DNA from: Phoronis australis
Taxonomy: Eukaryota; Animalia; Phoronida
NCBI GenBank assembly: GCA_002633005.1
Contig: NMRA01000712.1
Location: 64,989 to 128,988, forward strand
Direction: 5' to 3'
Length of the DNA stretch: 64,000 bases
The translations under genes and the position numbers were made by a program. The notes under the pieces were generated by a model that saw only the letters and a program-made list of their open reading frames with translations, was not told the DNA's origin and made no database searches. Shown here one piece after another: positions 26,055 to 38,600 of this stretch; the first letter of the stretch is position 1, and each line of letters opens with the position of its first letter.

Positions 26055-27389
26055 AACAAGAGCAACGCGGAGCGTTGAAATGCGCCCACAAATGCATCGC
26101 AAATGGAATGCTTTTAGAGTTGTTTATTTGTATCATCAAAATGGTCACTAGATGGCGCAAAATACGTCGAATCCGTCTGAAAACCAGAAAATGTCATCGT
26201 TTCGTTAAAAGAAAGACATTTACCAAATTTCATTAAAATTAATCGAGGAACTTCAGAGAAACAGAGGAAAATGAAAAAAAAAATGAAATTCCCACTAGGG
26301 GGCACAGTGTTCGTGGGATCCGTCTAAAAGTTATTGTCTTCTCTTGTTAACATCATATAAATACACGAGCTAAATTAAATAAAGATCCTGCAGAGGGCTT
26401 AGAAGATACAAGTATGGGCGCAAAAAAACAAAACCACCACTAGGAGGCGCCACAGTAGTCGAAGACGTCGGAAATTACTCGTCAACCATCCCCTTCATAG
26501 AAAGAACATACATGCCAACTTTCAAAATCATCCTTAGAATGGTTTGGATGACAGAGGGAGGGACGCCAAAAAACAGACTCGAAAACAACAAAAATGGCCA
26601 CTAGGTCGCGCAAAATACCTTGAGTCAATCCAAAGATGAATGGCTAGTGTCACCTCACTAATAGATGTCTATGTGCTAAATTTTATGGAAATCCGTTGAG
26701 GACCTTTAAAGATACGGAGGTAAACGTAAGTAACTATAATTACCACTAGGGAGCACACCGGTTGTCCGATCTGTCCGAAAGTCGCCGTCGTCTGTTGTCA
26801 ACTTCGTATAAATACATTTGTTAAATTTAATAAAGATCCTGTAGAGCGTTTAGGAGATACAGCCATGGGCGCAAAAACAAATAAAACTGCCACTAGGAGG
26901 CGCCACAGTAGTCGAAGTCGTCAGAAAATCATCGTCAGCTGTCTTCTTCATAGTAAGAACATATGTGCCAATTTTCACAGTCATCCTTCCAGTGGTTTGG
27001 TTGTTAGAGGGGCAAACGCCAAAAAAAACGACTCGAAAATAGTAAAAATGGCCACTAGATGGCGCAAAGTACCTCAAATCCATCAGAATATTATTATAGC
27101 GTCAACTTCTTAATAGATGCCTATGTGCCAAATTTCACGAAAATCGGTTGAGGGCCTTTGAAAATTCAGAGGTAAACGTAAAAAACTAAAATTGCTACTA
27201 GGGGGCACAGCGGTATTCGGGTCGGTCCGAAACTCGTCGCCCTCTGTCGCCAACCCCATAGGAACACATCCGCCAAATTTCAATAAGATCCTGCAAGGGG
27301 TTTAGGAGATACAGCCGCGGACGCCAGACGCCCGTTCGCCCAGTTAGAGATGACGGCAATATGCGACCACATATGTGGACGCATAAAAA
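26055..27389 (+). mobile_element. Helentron/HINE-like non-autonomous element with an internal ~453-bp higher-order repeat (3 x ~150 bp) carrying CTCF-like motifs
   Basis: Starts AACAAGAGC with hairpin CAACGC-GGA-GCGTTG; ends with hairpin TATGCGACCACATATGTGGACGCATA plus an A-run. Diverged tandem units each carry CCACTAG(R)NGGCRC and a GCCAAATTTCA-like motif. Confidence 0.7.
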
Positions 27390-30300
27390 TTATTACCCCA
27401 ACGCCGCGCTACTAGTAGGCTAGACAGTCATCACCGTCTCTAACTCATAGTTCGACTAGAGACAGGCGGTGGTCACTGTCTATAACTAAAGAAATCTCAC
27501 AGGCTAATTCCTCTTGCAATGTATCGATTTTAAAAATTAGAAGACCGCTAATATTTATTTTCCAATTTTTAAAACAGCCATGAGATTCGTAGTACCTTAC
27601 TTGTTGTTTTTTAGTCTGAAACTGGTACTAGAAGAGAAGGCGCCAGTTCAACGGCGCCGCATCATTTGTCTTCCAATACACATTTCACCCCGAGCCATGA
27701 ATGTGACAACTAGCTCACTCCGGGTTCAACGATGCAATTAAAGAGCGGAATGATTGACTTCGTTGATTCTTGGTTGGACCTACTTTCAATTTAGTGTCTA
27801 TATGTCATCCCAGCTGAGAGCGGGTAGGGCGGTCATGTTTCGATCCCCGGCTGTCAAGTTCAGTCCCCAGCTGTCCTGTTTTCTGGCGATGGAGGCGGTC
27901 ACGTTTTTAGGTATAGTGGTCCCATTTTCTGGTCCAAAAAGTCCCATATCCCCCAGGTTCTGTTTTGTGGTCAGTCTCAGCGCGATTTGGAGGACCAGTG
28001 GTCCTGTTTTGGGTCCGACGGGCATCAGTGTTGTTTCTCACGTCGGGGTAACTTCAGTGATCTCGGTGACGGTGCCATCACGTTTTTGATGTGCCGAGGA
28101 ATTCGCTGGATACTCTGAGGTGAACAGTGCACGCTTTTTTGTGCACTTGCGTGCAAACCTCTTCTTAGCGTAAGAGTTGCCTATAAAGGGTTTTGTAGTC
28201 CCAAAATGCAGCCAAATATCGTCCAAGTTGTTTCCTACTATCATTTGTGCTACGAAATAGCCCAGCTGGCTACCGGAGCACCTAATGTTGTCGGCCAAAT
28301 ATAATATCACAATTAATGCGCGAGCTGTTTGAATCAATCAGACACTCGTACGAAGCTTCGTGTATCGTAATTTATCAGAAGCCGGCACCGGTTAATAAGC
28401 AGCTTAGTATGGAAAATCAAAGCGAAAATATATCCAGGGCACATATTTTCTATACAGTGACTGGTTTAAAAACAAACAAAAACACTATTTTCACTCAGCA
28501 GGATCAAAAATAAATACTTTAAAACCAGAATTTTCACTTATGCAAGAGTTAAAAACTGTCCAAAACATTATTTTCACTTTGCAAGACCAAAAAATTTAAG
28601 ACCAAAATTTATCACGAAAAATTTAAGACGCCAGGCGTGAAAAAATTTCGATCCTGACGTGATTAATTATAGGTTATGGCGGAATGAATTCTGGTTTTAA
28701 TTTTTAGTCTTGCAGAGATTTTAATTTTTGAAAAGTAAATATGGAATTTTTCCGCTGTGACTTTCCATAAAATGTTCGCGACATAATACCTTCAGTCTCA
28801 ATAAACGTCCTTCCGAGCACCCACACTTGAAAAATCGTGTATTTTCATATGTCACTCCAGTGACGCTAGCAGATGTGCTGCACGCGCTCAGGGCATGCTG
28901 AATACATGATAACATCGGGGCACGAATATACAACGTTCCAATAAATATTTAGTATTGCAAATATGGACTTCATACTTAGACAGAGACAACTGACAAGCGA
29001 CTTCTCCCCTTATGATATTTCTAAGAATTTCAGAGAGCGCTACATATAGTGGAACTTCTTACATTACTTTCCAACCATATGCCTCCAGCGAGTACTTTTC
29101 AGTGAAGTTCATTTTTGTTCTTGAAGATGTGAATTTCATAATGATACCATAGCGGTCCATAGTCATGCTCTAAACGCAAAACGTGTTCACGGTCCAACGA
29201 AAAAGGTACGATTTCTGTTGAAACTATAGCTTCATCTGTTCAGTGGCCCCGAAGTTTGTTCCAAACAGCAAACGGCTCAACTTGACGGGCCTGTTGGGGT
29301 ACAACTGAACTTGGCGATGACCAATTAAGGTAGTGGCGATATGGAGAAGTCTGAAATTGTGTAATCATAGGCCTACATGGGGGAAAAGTCTAGCAAAGTC
29401 GACTCCGTTTGTGTTTACCATCCTACGGACTTGCAGGTAAACTAGCAAAGCTGAGTTGCTAATTTGGGTTGCGGCGCCTTTTAAATATTCAATTAACATG
29501 TGACAAACGTGACACGCAGCGATTTTTGATACGTCATTCATGTCGGTACTGCGCAGCCGCCAACAGGCCAGGTGCACAGCCCATCGACCATGGGTGGCGC
29601 AGCACTGAAATAAGGAGCTATACCCCCCCTTATGGTGCTCCGCCCGTGTCTAGTTCTTTCTGCATGGGTTTAAGTGACACTTATTCATAGTACAAAACGT
29701 CAGCTGAGCTGGTATAAATCTAGTTGCCGTGCGGGTATTATGAACGCGTTGCAAATGAAATTTGATTAGTTTGTACAGTTATACTTTAGTTATGTTTGAA
29801 ACTTAATAAGTCTCGGAGGTCATAGTTGGGACAACATCAATGCATTTTTATCCTGTGTAAAAGCCATATTTCCCGCGATAGCAGCTGTAGCCAGTCAGGA
29901 TATTTAGATGGTGTCAAAGAGGTCACGTGTCCGCTCAAAATTTTAACAGCTTTTATGGTTACAACACAGTGAGCTAGCAAGTCGAAAAGTAATGGCCAAG
30001 GGATGTCTTTCGTCATTTCAACTTAACTGGTAGGCTTAGGAACAACTTAGGCCCACTGTACTGTACACACACGTTAGTGATCGAGGACCAATAATTGTAA
30101 TTGCGGACCCACCTCTTATCAGGCGTGAGTATTTAGTGCACAGAATCTTCAAAAGCGTGTCCCAATATCCTAATGTTCCAAAGGCTCAACCCCGTGCTAG
30201 AGTAGGCGACGGTCGTAAACATTTGCTGAACTGGTCGCTGTACGAGCGCAGATTATATGGTCGCTCAGTGATGGCAACTAAGTAGCAATTTGTGATACAA

Positions 30301-30589
30301 GTTGTGTTTGTGATATTCAATGCGACCCGTAACGATAATAGACGTCGACATTTAAACTGAATAAATAAGTATGCGCGATATGTCACATTATGACTCGTTA
30401 ATACCATATTCGATTAAGCCGGATTAGTGACATTTTTATGCTATATATTTGAACATTACTGAGGCACTTAGACCAAACGGCGCAACATATAGTTTTACGT
30501 AGTGACGAGATGTAACCAGTATTGTTGTACGATGATGGTAGAAACCATGTCAAAATACCAGACGATAGAGACTTCTTGAAGTATTTCTA

Positions 30590-31561
30590 ATGGCAAGAGA
30601 CAAAAACGCCAGCGAGGAGGCAAGGTTGCTAAAAATTGTGAATGACCTCGAAGTTAAAAAAGGCTTTTCAAAGATGTTCATTGACAACGCAATTTACGAG
30701 CAAAAGCTTGAAGTCTACAGATTACAACGACAGGTTCAGCAGATGATGTTACAAAGCGACAATGATGGTCAGAGGCCAAAATCAAAAGTGAAAACGGAAA
30801 TAATAACTCTGTCGACTGGAGGAGGTGTTATATCGAATAGCAACGACGCTGATCATCGTGACACTAGTCAGATAAGGAAGGGTTGTTTAGGACCCGCAAA
30901 AGAAATATCGAGCGCACTGGCAATCAGCGAGAAGGACTTACAGTCTCGTTCGAGTGATAGGAAAACTGATTATTTCGGATATATGAGTACATCTCAATGC
31001 CCTTCTCTAATTATAAGTTTTCCGAATATTTGGCCCGGGGATCCCCGGGCTATTGCGTCTGTTCGTCGACCTAAGAAAAGCATTCGAGAAGACTTGAAAA
31101 AAGAAGAATCCCTTAACAGCATTCGCAAAGCAAAACGCGATATCCATGAACACACCAAAATGCACTGCAGCAGAAACTGCACAAAACCTGGTGCGATTTT
31201 TGAAACTATGGCTTCGGCCCACATTGTATCCCTGCCCATGCTGAAGAAGGATATTCAAATACTGGCGAGAAACGAGATGAAAAGGCAAAGGCATCTGGCC
31301 AGGCTACCAACTATTACAGATAACACTCCGCTCGTGTGTCACAATCCGCGAAACATTCAATGCTTGCGTCCGGTTAAGTTTGACAAATTAGCCATCCGTA
31401 ATCTACCCTGGTTAAACGTAAGACAGCCGAAGTCGCCAGCATTCAACCCTGGCCTGTACAGAAACCAGTCTCAACCCAGGCTCTCCATAACCAAAATGGA
31501 CCATGACACCCGGGTTATTAATAGAGTGGCCAACATTAATTGCGAAAATATTGTTTGCTGA
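30590..31561 (+). CDS. Intronless 323-aa hypothetical protein (N-terminal coiled-coil-like, basic C-terminal half)
   Basis: 972-bp ATG-to-TGA ORF in AT-rich DNA, far longer than background ORFs; no family motif recognised. Confidence 0.7.
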   Translation: MARDKNASEEARLLKIVNDLEVKKGFSKMFIDNAIYEQKLEVYRLQRQVQQMMLQSDNDGQRPKSKVKTEIITLSTGGGVISNSNDADHRDTSQIRKGCLGPAKEISSALAISEKDLQSRSSDRKTDYFGYMSTSQCPSLIISFPNIWPGDPRAIASVRRPKKSIREDLKKEESLNSIRKAKRDIHEHTKMHCSRNCTKPGAIFETMASAHIVSLPMLKKDIQILARNEMKRQRHLARLPTITDNTPLVCHNPRNIQCLRPVKFDKLAIRNLPWLNVRQPKSPAFNPGLYRNQSQPRLSITKMDHDTRVINRVANINCENIVC

Positions 31562-32679
31562 TGCTTATAAATCAACGAAGCACGCGTTGCGCAATCGCTT
31601 ATGCTTGTCTCCACTTCAGACGAATTCAGATAGTGCACAATTCAATTTGCACTTTGCAGTGTTTAGTTTGCAAGAACATTATTAGTTGTTTTGAGATCCT
31701 GCTGATTGTCACTGTTTGTTTGTTTTTTTTTGTGATGAGCATTGCAACCTTTCAGTGAGACATTTTTGTGATGAGTTGGATTGAATTGTCTCAGAAGGCT
31801 AAGAATTACTCGATTGTACAAAAAATCTCTCGATTACCGCTACACCGCCATTTCCAGTGGGCGTGCTAATTGTACATTTGACTGAGACATCAAATTGGAA
31901 GACGGCGCACTGAGTAAAACACTAGTTCTGTAATGATTTGTCAAATACATCACTTATGAACTTTCTTTACATGGCCACTTGCGTCATCACAATTCTTGAA
32001 AATCTAATGAAAATTACGTTAGTGTGACAATGTCTAAAGTTCACTTAGAATATAGCTTTTAATATATTCAGGAATGAGTTAATGCGTCAACTGTACAAAC
32101 AGCATTGACATATGTTTACAATGCATTTATTTATAGATAACATTTACAGACAAATTAGAAGTATGAGTGTAATAAAAACGAATTGAAAGCTAGGGCACAC
32201 ATCAAACATCCAATCAAAGTTTTGTGCACTATTTTCTTAGAATTAAAGTTATGTAATATATTCTGGACAGTTCTTTTTATTTAGCAATATATCTAAAAAA
32301 CTATAGATGTTTAAGTTAGCTCAGTTAATGTATAAGTATGTTCCTGGGATCTTCCAAAGTTAGTAAATTTGGAATCTTTCTAGGGTCTTACAAAGTTTAA
32401 TGATTTACATGGCTTTTCTATCAGCCAGAACATTTAAAAGTGTTTTGTTTAAAATATACAAATTGATAAAAACGATAAAAACTGATACTTTTACAATTTG
32501 CAATGCGCAAGTGCAATTCAAACTGCTATAATCCATGAAAACAACACTGACTGCCACATACACTATGCGAATTAATGTCTTCAAAGTGGCTCATATGGTA
32601 CGTCATTATCGGCCAAGCATTCTTTGAGCACAATCTTTTTGTCGCACATTGCTCGATCAGACCGAGTGTCGCGATTGTT

Positions 32680-35600
32680 TCAGCAACTTCCCATATTACA
32701 CGTGGCGAAGTCTATGTCGTCTCCATTGCACTTTTGCCCACCATTCGCCGGAGCCGGGTTGTTACAGTAACGCTGCCTCAGCTTTAGACCAGTTCCACAT
32801 GACTTAGAACATTTTGTCCATGGATTCCAGTCGGACCACCCACCATTGACTGCAGAGAAAAACATTCAGGTGCATAGATGTGCGTTTGGATGATTCGATT
32901 GTAGTGACTTAAGATACTAGTGTAATCTATTGTTTTAATTGCCAATCATACATTTTTAGAAGATGATTTAAGTAATTGTTTGACTTCATTTGGCAGTTTA
33001 TGCGTTGTCGTGGTCTGTTTGCAGTGGCGGATTTAGAGGGGGGCCAAGTGGGCCATGGCCCCCCCCCTAAAATTCTCCCAGATTACATTTGGCAGTTCAG
33101 GGGTGCGAATGTCTGACGGGAAAAATCCTGGCTAATACTCTGTCCTGCCCCCCCAACTCAAAATCCTAGATCCGCCCCTGGTTTGTTGGCAAGCTACCTG
33201 AATGACTCGTATGATCGACAAAGAACATGTAACTCGTAAATAGCGCGAGGCCTGCTGCAAAAACATTCTTGTTACATGGAGCCTGGTGTTTTTCGAAGAG
33301 TCTGCTGACTTTTGTGTTTTGATTTTCCGTAGTCGACAAAGATCAGTCTATGGGTGAATTATTTCACGAAAATCAGACTAAGGATGAAAGTCAGAAAATC
33401 TGTCTTTGAACTCGACGTACTGGAAGACAGAAATCCGTAATTTTTCTCGAATAGGCAGAAGAAACAAAGTTTCAAGGAACGCAAACGGCAAAAATCAGGG
33501 TTTAGCTATTCGTGTTCAGATTACTGACTTTTGGATTAAGTCAAAAAACAAACGCCAATAATCCCACAGTTCACTTTCCGCCAGAAGCGTGCGACACAAA
33601 CAGCGCTCCTTGTTTAGAGCTAGTTGTGAAAGCCCGTGCGTAAGTTGGACAAACCGGACGCTTTTGTACCGCCATTTCCTGTCAAAATTCAGAGCCAACG
33701 TGCAAGGGGTGAATTTCTTTAGATTTATAAGCGATCCACACATGCGAAAATTGTGCAAAAGACGCACTGTAAAATACAATACGATTACTGCATTTTCACA
33801 TACAAATGTTGATGACGCAAATGTCAAATTTTTTGCAGATGTTGCTGGTATTACAAGTGATCTACTATTTCGGTCTCTTGTTTAAAGTGTTCACTTTATC
33901 AACGTCTTTTTTGCAGCAACTGTTTGTGATGTTAATATTCTAACTAATAAGCTCTGAGAATAAACAAGGGTATTAAATCAACAAACTCACGTTGTTTTTA
34001 CCACTACTTTTATGTTCACGAAAACAACAACGGTTTTAAAACTTGACATGTTTCGGTGTCATTTATTAAACACCATCCTCAGAAGTCAGAATACAGTGGC
34101 CACCTAGCTAGGCCCAGCAACAAGTAATGAAGCACAGATACAGTCAGTTACAGGGAGTGACAATGAACTAGACCAACAATGACAACCTGTGGTGTGTCAG
34201 TTGCCTATTGAGATTGGGTTTGCACCAACTGATATGTAACTGACTGTATCTGTGCTTCATTACTTGTTGCTGGGCCTAGCTAGGTGGCCACTGTATTATG
34301 ACTTCTGAGGATGGTGTTTAATAAATGTCACCGAAACATGTCAAGTTTTAAAACCGTTGTTGTTTTCGTGAACATATGCTGTTACTTGCTATCATGGAGT
34401 ACTTTTATGTCCACCAACAATAACGTGGAAGGAAGTGTTATTTTGTTTTATGTTCGGGTGTAGGCAACAAAGGAGGCAGTCCCCATTGGTGGTGGAGGGG
34501 CAAAGGGCGGGGTGGTTGGGTGGGGAAGCGGGGGAAGGTCGTTGTTGACTATAACGGGAAAATCAGTAGCGCCAGTGAGGGTCAGGGGAAAGTCACTAAT
34601 GAATAAATTCTCAACCCCCGTTGTAAAACCTAACTTAGAGCGGGTTAATATTGTTGTCCACACTCCTGATAAAGGTCTATACTCAGTATATGTTTCACTT
34701 CGATGCGCAAAATGAAGTAAGGGCACGCTTTTCGTCCGTACGGTGAATTTATTTGACTTTGTGGGAAAGCGTGGGGAAAAGTACCGTAACTAAATTATAA
34801 AATATTCGTCAAGATCTCAGCTTAGGCTTTAAAAATTCTATTCACCTGTGCCGCTACTGTTGATTTTGTAGGAAATCTTGAACCCTTTGAAGTCGTATGT
34901 GTCGTCGGAATGAAACTGAACTACCAAACTCGTGCCATTATACACTACAGCTTCCTTTGGGCCTTTGCCGCAGATTCTGCAACGGCAAAAGATTGACATT
35001 AATAATTTCACTTAGAGAAAACCATTATTTATCATACGTTATTATAGTACCCTTTGACAACGATTTGAATGACTTCATCTGATCCCCACATTTCAGAACA
35101 CAAGTCACTGCACGTAAATTGCTTACTAATGTAATACTTATGCTGTTGTGCGTTCGAAAGGTTGACAATTTTCTCATAAAAATCTGGAAAGTAAAAAACA
35201 CTGAGAATTAATGGTTGACAAATTAATCGTAAACCCCGGAAAGTAAAGAATATTTACCACAGAAAATTTCGACCTCGCCTCTGAGACCAGTCTTTGTACG
35301 TGTCGTTGGGAGCGCTAAAATAGTATTGTGTCTCTGTGTCAAGCTCATTCGTTTTATTCGTCATTTCAATTACGTATTATATATACGATGTAATGTACAC
35401 GATAACGTTACACGGAAATGGGCGAACTCTGTACAATCCTATTTTGGCGCTCCCAATGCCACCTGACGGGAGAACGTCACACTTACGAAGATCTCAGAGA
35501 CACAACTGGAGGTCAAAAGTAACATGGGAGCCGCACAATAGGGGGCGGGGGAGGGGCTATAGCCCCATTTTCTCAGTGCTTCGCTGCCCATGCATAAGAG

Positions 35601-38600
35601 ATCATTGCTTTACTGATCCATTATCTGACACATTTTGTCCACATACCTTGGTCCACCATGATGTGGGCCATATGACCTTATCTCCAAATAATCCCAATGA
35701 CACTCCCAGTCATCTTCAATATCAAAGTCATCGAATGTAAGCGTAATGGTGGATCCGGGGGGTCCCTAGATTTTATGAAAATTTAAAAGTATCAGATACA
35801 GTGTCAAATTGAAATATTAATAACATCACTGAATGGTGTGCACATTAAAATATGCCGTATACACATATATATCTTTGAACCGACAAATTTAAACTTAGAT
35901 TGTGAGTAGATTTCACCAAAAGATACCAGAGATGTGTCTCGGCGTGTTTCAAGACCAACGACGTTTCTAAACTTCTTGTCATTCGCACGACAAAGATCTT
36001 AATCTTATTCTTCGTTCGATTGACATGAACGTTGCACATACTATGTAACTGCTCAGTATCTCGAGACTTGATGGATATTATCAGAATGTGATACAAGGCA
36101 GCGGTGATTTTCATAATTATCTTTACAGAATCATTGCTCCGTCGTCCTGAGATGATTCCGTCTGAAACTTGGTACCTGAATAGGTCACGCCACGCGCGTT
36201 AGCGACGGCAAGCATCTGTTTTTCATTGCGACATAGGTTTTTCGAATTACTCGAGATTTATTTTCCTATTACGGTTTATGTACTGACTGATAATTCCCTG
36301 CTTTTGTTTCCTTATCAATTTCATCACGTCAGTTGACAATATTTTTGATGTCAATGACGACGACGTCTTGTTGTAAGCGAGGCGGTCGTCTCTGTCGATG
36401 TTGTCGGTGTTGCACTCATCATTGTCAACGTTATCGACAGTGTTGCAGGGGAAGACATGGTCTTCAAGTCATCTTGGACGTCGTCGTTGTCGCTCTCTTT
36501 GTCGTCGTACTCGCTTTTGCACAACATAACTGGGGACACGATTAAAGTAAAAGGCGGCATTAACTTAGTCAGAGCGATACCTGTATGAGCCAGTTGCAAT
36601 CTCTGCTATTCCCATAAGACTTGGGGTAAGATGGCGTTGTGATGGTACCAGTAGGATCCGTGAATAGATCACCGCAGGCTGAAATCGAGAAACGATTGAG
36701 TGGTCCCCCTCACTTTGTACTTTTCTAATTGCACACATTTTAATATTTTTATTTCACAGTAGAAAATAAACAATGCAAATTCGTGTTCCTATATCACAGC
36801 CTCTTCTTTATCACAGCCTCTTCTTTTCATCATAGGAAAAATTATTATGAGTATCGTTGTCTTATTTTTATGATACTTGAAATGTCATGGGCGGCGCACC
36901 ATAGGGGGCTGGGGGGCTACAGCCCCGGCCACTTTTTTCAGTGCTACGCCGCACGTGGTCTATAGGCGGTGCACCACAGGGGGGCTGACGGGGCTTTAGC
37001 TCCCCCACTTTTTTCAGTGCTGCGCCGCCCATGCATATATTGAGAGCTACATCGATCGGCGGATCAAAAACTACAGTCACCATTGTGTGGGACGCAATAG
37101 TCATATCTCCGCCCAAATGGTGCTCAATGTAACTTTAATATTTCGCGAGTTCCGCCAAAATTGTTATTTTGTCGTATGTATCGTTATTACGAACCACTTT
37201 CTAACTTTTCTACTTTTGTACTCATATTTCCATTTCCTTATTGTTTTACGTTCCGTTCTTCCTGTAATTCTTTTCACTTGCGACAACTGAGTGAACTAAT
37301 ACGAATTAAAAACAACAATCGAAGTCGTGCAATCATTGCAACAATAGCAATTGTGGGAATGGACATGTGTAAGCGATTCAAACTTTATATACTTACGACT
37401 AGCTGTCGGTGCCACATCAGTGCATTTTACTCCCGCCAGGCCATCTGGGCAAACACACGAACAGTCTGGTCCTATAAAGCCGTTGTTTTCACAAGCAGTG
37501 TGAGTGACGCAGTGTTCTGTAATGTAAATTAAAAGAGGATTGTAAGCGACAACGGAAATGCTCCGTGATAAAAATCCGTTTTGGGACTTCATAAAATCCA
37601 GCTGCGACTTGGTGTCGTTTCGACGGCCGTAGACTTTGTTCATCTACAGAATGGTGCGTCATATTGTCAAAGTTAATTGTCTTCTGTCGAATAGCACAAA
37701 CTTTCTCGCTTACTACGTTCTTCACTCATGGAGACCATTATTTTCCTTGAGCTGAATTATCTTTCTCGCGTGCGACATTTTCTCTCGACGTCCTGCTGCC
37801 TGCCCTGCTGCTACATTGTCAAAAGAAAACGCATTTTAGAGCCTACGAGGATTCATTTACCTCGTTAAGTACAATAGCTTACATCGTCCAGTCCGAATCA
37901 ACAATATGTGCCCTCAATCAGTTTCAAAGAATACTACATACAGATTCTATTATTACTTCTACATAAAGGCATACCATTGCAAGAGTACATGTTGTTAAGT
38001 GACATCGAATCGAGGAAGCTCATCTGAGATCTCTGTCCAATTCTTCTTTGCATAGCCGGATCACGTGTTTCCATGGTTATGTCATCCGACTTTATGGCGA
38101 AATACTGGAAATATCATGATTAAGACATAAAAATACATAGAATAGCTTCCTCATAGCCCCTTGTATTCAGCAAAACAAATTAGTTTCGCGACTTTTCTTC
38201 TAAATTTGATTCTATTTTCCTCAGTTGACTTGTCATTAATTCTGAAAGGCCTGGTCATATAAGTTTAAGTCCCCGAGCAGTAAATCATTCCTTAAATAAG
38301 ATACGGAAAACTATAAATTCTTTATTGGAAAGCAAAATTTCGTAGGCTGGTGTCAATTTTATCAAGCTTCTGTTGGCATATTTCGATCCTGAATCAAACG
38401 GTGATGACATAATCTCCATTGATTTATTTCTCAAAAGGTTTTCAAGATGATCGATGTGCAGTTTCCTGTTTCACCGGAAATTTTCCCATTGTCAACAAAC
38501 AATACTCATCAATATGAAACCTATTGTCACCAGTTTTATTATCTTTAATATATTTATTTATTGTCATCATTATTGTGGTGACGTAGATTCACGAGTAAAC

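Larger units (their letters stand above)
34011..34376. mobile_element. Inverted pair of Penelope-like pseudo-LTR fragments (142-bp arms, 82-bp spacer)
   Basis: 34011-34152 is the reverse complement of 34235-34376 with 2 mismatches seen; each arm contains CTGAGGA..GAAACATGTC. Confidence 0.8.

Noticed and set aside
26140-27210. Regularly spaced short motif array resembling CRISPR
   Set aside because: The spacers are themselves homologous with a ~453-bp period, so it is a higher-order tandem repeat.
32581-32682. Open frame continuing after the astacin TGA (read-through or Sec)
   Set aside because: The TSP1 domain is complete at the stop; the ~33 further codons show no motif and no SECIS was seen.
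36340-36530. Thr/Asp-rich ORF in an astacin intron (possible linker exon)
   Set aside because: It lies inside the CUB domain, between exons that join in frame without it, and looks like a degenerate GAC/ACG microsatellite.
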